A DNA stretch of 64,000 bases. Origin: Burkholderiales bacterium. Its GTDB lineage: Bacteria; Pseudomonadota; Gammaproteobacteria; Burkholderiales; Burkholderiaceae_C. Positions 58,224 through 64,000 of the stretch are shown here, piece by piece (positions within the stretch are counted from its first letter, which is position 1; the number at the start of each line of letters is the position of its first letter). The position numbers and the translations under genes were made by a program. The notes under the pieces are model-generated. The model saw only the letters and a program-made list of their open reading frames with translations, searched no databases and was not told where the DNA came from. The stretch covers positions 1,053-65,052 of the forward strand of contig JBBQZI010000001.1 in the NCBI GenBank assembly GCA_038207855.1. The letters run 5' to 3'.

Positions 58224-59222
58224 ATGTACCAAGCCCTGAAAAACCTCACCGCGACACAACAAGTGGGTGCCCTGTTTGTGACGGTGTTTGGCCTGCTGCT
58301 GCTGGCCGTATTAGCGGTTTTTTTGCACTCGATGCGTGAATTTGACGACGCACAAGCCAGCCAGAGGCACAGCGACGACGTGTCAAATCTGACGCAATTG
58401 CTGAAAACCAGTTGGCTGCTGATTTTTGTTTTCTGGCTTGCCTGGCTGGCCGGTGACATTTCCCGACTGATCTTGTTTGGAACAGGCTCATTTTTTGCCC
58501 TGCGCGAATTTTTGACACTCTCGCCCACCCGCCACGGCGACCATCGCAGCCTGGTGCTGGCATTTTTTGGTGTACTGCCGTTTCAATACTGGCTGGTGGG
58601 CACTGAGCATTTCGACTTGTTCACCGTGTTCATTCCCGTTTATGTATTTCTTGCATTGCCAGTGGCCAGCGCGCTTGCCAATGACCCGCAACGCTTTCTG
58701 GAGCGCAATGCCAAGTTGCAGTGGGGCATCATGGTGTGCATCTACGGCATGAGTCACGTGCCTGCATTGCTGCTGCTGAACTTTCCGCATTACGACAAGA
58801 AGAATGCTTTTCTGGTGCTCTTTTTGGTGTTGGTAGTGCAAACCTGCATGGTCACCCAGCATTTGGTTGCGCGCCGCTTGATGGCACTGAAAAAACCAGC
58901 TGTTGCGCCACAAATCAGCCAGAGCTTTACCTGGCGCAGCTGGTGGGCTGGCATGGCAGCCGGTAGCCTGCTGGGTGCGCTGCTGGCCGGCATTACCCCG
59001 TTTGTGCCAGGACAGGCCTTTGCCATGGCATTTATTGCCTGTGCGGCCGGCTCAATGGGACACCTGGTGATGAAAGCCCTGAAACGTGACCGAGGTATCC
59101 CGATCTGGCGTGGCCACGGCAAGGGCGTGACCGGTGCTGGCGGCATGCTCGACCGAATTGACTCACTGTGCTTTGCAGCCCCGATCTTTTTTCATTCGGT
59201 GCGCTGGTATTTTGGACTTTAG
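58224..59222 (+). CDS. Phosphatidate cytidylyltransferase-like membrane protein
   Basis: Polytopic; KRDRG, GGMLDRIDSL; the SPxKT motif is altered. Confidence 0.85.
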   Translation: MYQALKNLTATQQVGALFVTVFGLLLLAVLAVFLHSMREFDDAQASQRHSDDVSNLTQLLKTSWLLIFVFWLAWLAGDISRLILFGTGSFFALREFLTLSPTRHGDHRSLVLAFFGVLPFQYWLVGTEHFDLFTVFIPVYVFLALPVASALANDPQRFLERNAKLQWGIMVCIYGMSHVPALLLLNFPHYDKKNAFLVLFLVLVVQTCMVTQHLVARRLMALKKPAVAPQISQSFTWRSWWAGMAAGSLLGALLAGITPFVPGQAFAMAFIACAAGSMGHLVMKALKRDRGIPIWRGHGKGVTGAGGMLDRIDSLCFAAPIFFHSVRWYFGL

Positions 59223-59409
59223 CAAGGCTGCAACACCGCACTGCGGACTTTGCGCCTTCTGCAGAACAATATCTTCATGACGCGCATTGAGTTGGACTTC
59301 GATGGTCCGACTGTGCCGCGCTGCTGTCCGCGCTTACCGCAGGCTGCTGCCTTTGGGTGACTTTGGCTAGGCCTGCAATGACAGCTTCAACCATTGCGGC
59401 TATTCATTC

Positions 59410-61380
59410 TCAAGTTAGTTTGGAGTCGCCAACCATAGTCAGCCGCCTCAAAATCACGGCGAACAGATCTTCGGGTTCAACCGGCTTGGTAATGAAATCA
59501 CTGACTCCGGCTTCAAGACACTCAGTCCTGATATGTTCAAAAGCATTGCCCGTCATCATGACGATGGGAACTTGCTCGCCACCCGACATGGCACGAATAT
59601 GGCGCGTAGCCTCCAGCCCACCCATCTTGGGCATCTGCATGTCCATCACGACAATCGCATAGGCTTGGGATTTGGCCTTGGCGACTGCGACAGTTCCATC
59701 TTCGGCGTCATCCACCACTAGTCCGAGTTCTTCCAACAGCATCCGGAATAGCCGGCGCGTGATGCTGTCATCGTCCACCAGCAAAATGCGTTGCCCTGAG
59801 AAGTCTCTTCGCAGCATCTGCTCTGGCGAACTGTCTGGTTTGGGATTGAACACTATGGTTTCTATGACACGCCTCTGCACTGGTTTCTTGAGGTTCGCCG
59901 TAAACCAAAAGGTGCTTCCGATGCCGGGAATGCTGTCGACCCCTGCGCTACCGCCCATGAGTTCTGCAATACGCTTGGCAATCACCAGCCCGAGCCCGGT
60001 TCCACCGTACTGCCGGGTATCTGAGTTGTCGGCCTGCTCAAACGGAGAAAAGAGTCTGGCTGCCGTCTGCGCACTGATACCAATGCCGGTGTCCTGCACC
60101 TCAAAACGCAGCAGGGCGTGTTCATCAGACTCTTGCTCCGCCCGCACGCGCAGGGTGATGGTTCCAGTTTCGGTGAATTTAAGGGCGTTGCTGAGGTAGT
60201 TGAGCAGCACCTGTCGTAGCCGGGTCGCATCGCCCAACAAGGGGGGCATGTTGGCTTGCATCTCGATACGCAGATTGATATTCTTCAGTAGCACGTTGCC
60301 CCGCAACATGTCCACGATGTCGGTTGCGATCTGCCTGACGTTGATTTCGACGTGCTGCAGTTCGACCTTTCCGGCTTCAATTTTTGCGAGATCCAGCACA
60401 TTAGAGACGATGCTCAAGAGATGGGCTGCGGCTGCATCGATATGGGCCAGGCATTCTTCCTGTTGGGGCTCAAGACCAGTGCGGCGCATGGCATAGGCCA
60501 TACCTTTCATGACATTGAGCGGCGTGCGGATTTCATGCGACATGGTGGCCAGGAATTGGCTCTTGGCGATGTTGGCGCTTTCAGCCGCCTCCTTGGCGGC
60601 AAGCGTGGCACCCATCGCCCGCTCCAGTTGTTCAACATAAAGCCTGATCTTCCCTTCGGCCTGCGCGCGCATGTCCTCCGACGCATCCAATCTGGCGATC
60701 ACTGCCCCCATTTCCGCTGCTGCCAATTTTGCGGCCCCCATTGCAGCCATATTGGCATGCTCTGAAGCCTTTTTGACCGCGTCAGCAACCACCATCGCTG
60801 CTTTCGCAGCGTTTTGTTCAACCGCTTGCTTTGCTGCCGTCACTGCGTGCTCTGCAGCGGTGGCGGCTTCTTGCGCGGACTGCGATGCCAATGCCATCGC
60901 CCGCTCTACGGCTGCCAAGGCATCAGCTGCTGCCGCCACCGCGGCACTTTCTGTGCTTTGAGAGGCCCTCGCGAAAACCGTCGCCACTTGGGCCAACGCT
61001 TTTTCAACATCTTTTGCCGTAGTCAGCTTGGCGGTATTGACCGCCTGTGCAGTTGCAGACGCAACGTCTCTGGCGGACCGTGACACCAACTCGGCAGCCT
61101 TTTCTACAGAGGATTTCGCTTCGGTTGCCGCCACCATTGCCACTCGTGCAGCAGCTTCTGCGGCGACTAAAACTGCCTGCGCAACCGTTTGCGCAGCCGT
61201 TGCAGCATCATGCTCGACGGCCTGTTTAGCGGCGGCCTCTGCATGCGCGGCCGCTAAAGCGACAGCTCTCGTGGCCAGTGACGCCAATGCCACTACGTTT
61301 TGCTGACCTTCTTTGTGCGGTCGATGGTCTTCTTGCAAAACAGCGCCCTCAGTGGCCATCGGCTTGCTTGTGCGATTCAT
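59410..61380 (-). CDS. Hybrid histidine kinase / response regulator with Ala-rich N-terminus
   Basis: [36 protein letters not shown] domain (VDDD, MDMQMP, ITKP). Confidence 0.92.
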   Translation of the reverse strand: MNRTSKPMATEGAVLQEDHRPHKEGQQNVVALASLATRAVALAAAHAEAAAKQAVEHDAATAAQTVAQAVLVAAEAAARVAMVAATEAKSSVEKAAELVSRSARDVASATAQAVNTAKLTTAKDVEKALAQVATVFARASQSTESAAVAAAADALAAVERAMALASQSAQEAATAAEHAVTAAKQAVEQNAAKAAMVVADAVKKASEHANMAAMGAAKLAAAEMGAVIARLDASEDMRAQAEGKIRLYVEQLERAMGATLAAKEAAESANIAKSQFLATMSHEIRTPLNVMKGMAYAMRRTGLEPQQEECLAHIDAAAAHLLSIVSNVLDLAKIEAGKVELQHVEINVRQIATDIVDMLRGNVLLKNINLRIEMQANMPPLLGDATRLRQVLLNYLSNALKFTETGTITLRVRAEQESDEHALLRFEVQDTGIGISAQTAARLFSPFEQADNSDTRQYGGTGLGLVIAKRIAELMGGSAGVDSIPGIGSTFWFTANLKKPVQRRVIETIVFNPKPDSSPEQMLRRDFSGQRILLVDDDSITRRLFRMLLEELGLVVDDAEDGTVAVAKAKSQAYAIVVMDMQMPKMGGLEATRHIRAMSGGEQVPIVMMTGNAFEHIRTECLEAGVSDFITKPVEPEDLFAVILRRLTMVGDSKLT

Positions 61381-61426
61381 AGTTGATCCATTGTGAACGA
61401 AGGGTTGGATACCAATGCACCCATGA

Positions 61427-63413
61427 CTAGATCGGGGGTTTTGGCGCCTTGCGGCCAGATGCGGAAATCTTGACGGTGGTTACAGTAGGATGGATTTCAG
61501 CATAAGTATGACAAGAACTGGCACGAACAACGGCTGACGCCGCTACCAGTTGTTCAAACTCCTTTAACGGTATCGGGCGGCTGAACAAATAACCCTGCAT
61601 CAGGTCACAGCGATGCACAGCGCTCAGAAAATATTGTTGTGCTTTGGTTTCTACGCCCTCGGCGACCACTTTTAACTTCAGGCTGTAGGCCAGCCCAATA
61701 GTGGCAGCGCAAATCGCTACAGCGTTGTCGCTGGTCTCGATGTCCCGCACAAAGCTCTGGTCGATCTTGATCTGATCCAACGGCAGGCGACTTAGGTACG
61801 ACAGCGAAGAATAGCCAGTGCCAAAATCATCAAGCGAAAATCCGACTCCCTTGGACTTGAGTGTGCCCATCTTGGTGATCACGTCGTCCACGTTGTTGAT
61901 CAAAATACTCTCTGTCAGCTCGAGTTTCAGTCGTTGCGGGTTGGCACCGGTTCGATCCAGGATAGCCAAAACATGATCAACAAAATCTGCTTCCTGAAAC
62001 TGCACGGCACTGACGTTGACGGCAAGCGTCAGATGACTCAACCCGGCATCGGTTGACCACTCGGCAATCTGGGCGCAAGCGGTCTTCAGAACCCAAGCAC
62101 CCAGCGGCAGAATCAGTCCAGTCTGTTCTGCCATCGGGATGAATTCTGCAGGGGACACCATACCCCGCTGCGGATGCAGCCATCTCAACAGTACCTCGGC
62201 ACCTATGATGTCGCCGCTACGCGTGACCTGGGCTTGGTAATACAGGAAAAACTGCTGCTGCGCCAGGGCTGTTCGTAAATCAGATTCGAGCGCCGCCTTG
62301 GCATCCACTTCAGCTTGCATTTGCGGATCGAAAAACCGCAAAGTATTACGCCCGGCTGCTTTGGACTGGTACATCGCGAGATCAGCACGCTTCATGATCT
62401 CATCGATGCTGTCACGCTGGTCGGTAAACATGGCGATACCGATGCTTGAGGTAGCACGGCATTCACGGCCATCCAGAACGTATGGTGCCTGCAATGCAGC
62501 AACAAGCTTGCAACCAATAATTTCGGCTTGACTCACCGCATCATGGAGGTTGCTGCCCAATTTATCTAGCATCACAACAAATTCGTCGCCCCCAAGGCGG
62601 GCCACGGTGTCGCCATCACGCACACAGGTGATCAGGCGTTGCGCGGCTTGTTGCAGCAAGATATCGCCAATGTGATGGCCCACGGTGTCATTGATATTTT
62701 TGAAATTATCAAGATCAACGAATAACAGAGCACCGGTCTGCTTGTGACGCGCACCCGCAGTAAGGGCCTGCTCCAGTCGATCCATCAACAACCTGCGGTT
62801 GGGCAGCTCGGTCAGCGGGTCATAAAAGGCCAAATTGGTGATTTGATGCTCGGCCGCCTTCTGGCTGCTGATGTCGCTAAAAGCCGCGACATAGTGGGTT
62901 GTTGCGTCATACTTGTTCTTGACGGCTGTGATGGACAACCATTCAGGGTAAATTCGTCCGCTTTTGTTCCGGTTCCAGATTTCCCCTTGCCAACTTCCGG
63001 TCTTGTCAAGGCTTGCAAACATCGCTGAATAAAAGGCATTGTCGTGTCGACCTGAACTCAGCATGCGCGGATTTTGCCCAATTACCTCGTCAGGCGTGTA
63101 CCCGGTAATGTCACTAAAAGCCTTGTTCACCCGCAGAATTTTTCGCTCGGAATTGATGATCGTCATACCTATTTGCGACTCAAATGCAGTTGCCGCAATT
63201 TTCAGTTCGGTTTCAATCTGCCTCTGTTCGGTGATGTCGCGGACAATGCCAATACCATGGTGGCTATTGCACCAACGGAAATGGGATATTGACAATTCAA
63301 CCGGAAAGTCATCGCCACCCTTGCGGATAGCTGTTGCTTCAAAACGCCGATCCAGGTCTCCGCCCATCGCGCCAGACTTGAACATGGCTAAGCCGGCGCT
63401 GAGTACCCCCCTG
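61427..63413 (-). pseudogene. PAS-PAS-GGDEF-EAL gene, 5'-truncated by IS insertion (residual ORF 61427-63385)
   Basis: ORF starts in the middle of a PAS domain. The frame is open up to the IS end and hits TGA at 63416-63418. RLGGDEF, EVLLRW and DDFGTGYSS are intact. Confidence 0.75.
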
Positions 63414-64000
63414 TGTCAAACTAGCTGTCGCCCACATTAATTGCGGATGATCCGCACCGGAGCGACCTACTATGCAAAGAAATCAATACACCCCAGAATT
63501 CAAAGAACAAGCCCTGAGCAAAGCCAGGCAGCGCGGCCAGCGCACACTGGAGTCGGTGGCCAATGAAATCAACGTATCCCTGGGCAGCCTCAAAGGATGG
63601 CTCAAGATGGCCAACAGGCAAGCCGCATCATCGACATCGGTGAGCTTGCCCTGCGACGCTGGCGCACCGCACTGGAGCGCTGCGCAACGTCTACAGGCGC
63701 TCAAAGAGACACACACATTGGAAGGCTCGACACTGAGCTCCTGGTGCCGAGAGAAGGGCTTGTTTGAGCATCAATTGAAGCAATGGAACGATGCGTTTTG
63801 CAGTAGCACCGACCCACTACAAAACCAGGTCAAGGCTGAACTGCGGACCCTCAAAACCAAGAACGAACAACTGCAGCGTGATCTGCATCGCAAGGACAGG
63901 GCACTGGCTGAAACCGCCGCCTTGTTGGTGCTGCAAAAAAAGTTCCAGGCGCTGTTGCAGGACGCGGACAAATGATCGCCCTGCACCAGCGAGCCACCAT
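63414..64000 (+). mobile_element. IS3-family insertion sequence, left part
   Basis: Begins 5'-TG; HTH orfA; A-AAA-AAG at 63936-63942; orfB ATG at 63972 in the -1 frame; exact left end uncertain by about 2 bp. Confidence 0.85.
63472..63975 (+). CDS. IS3-family transposase OrfA
   Basis: YTPEFKEQA HTH, WCREKGL, leucine-zipper region, ALAETAALLVLQKK. Confidence 0.88.
   Translation: MQRNQYTPEFKEQALSKARQRGQRTLESVANEINVSLGSLKGWLKMANRQAASSTSVSLPCDAGAPHWSAAQRLQALKETHTLEGSTLSSWCREKGLFEHQLKQWNDAFCSSTDPLQNQVKAELRTLKTKNEQLQRDLHRKDRALAETAALLVLQKKFQALLQDADK

Noticed and set aside
59223-59409. Possible island boundary or gene remnant after the cdsA-like gene
   Set aside because: No att-like repeat, tRNA end or recognisable protein fragment

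Overview
GC-rich betaproteobacterial chromosome segment; gene order and protein style suggest Comamonadaceae, Rhodoferax/Polaromonas-like (inference). About 2-59 kb is core housekeeping DNA: hemW-rdgB-rph with a Ser/Thr kinase and PP2C pair, yicC-gmk-rpoZ-spoT, greB, nadA/nadC, gpsA-secB-grxC, gpmA-ctpA-moeB, GGDEF + FlhG-like ATPase, BLUF-folE, clsB, nudB, aspS, ubiB/J/E, a large FAD/Fe-S oxidoreductase, ugpBAECQ, hemA-prfA-prmC, proS, rppH, proB-obgE-rpmA-rplU, an RNB nuclease, aroE, mtgA, and plsC/cdsA-like genes. The window starts inside a GAF-PAS-GGDEF-EAL gene. It ends in an accessory signalling block: an Ala-rich hybrid histidine kinase and a PAS-GGDEF-EAL gene cut by an IS3-family element. 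I saw no rRNA, tRNA or CRISPR. The main finding is a dispersed 54-bp element, approximately WWWWNRSCYTS-TAGCCC-WTN8-WGCGYAAGTA-GCTAT-N7(AT-rich)-ATAGY, found by eye 13 times on both strands with no indels. Six copies lie wholly inside protein-coding genes in three different frames, and the consensus TAG triplets are altered wherever they would be in-frame stops. Four more copies supply a start or stop codon of a core gene. This looks like a genome-wide, selected DNA site or a domesticated repeat that I cannot assign to a named family.
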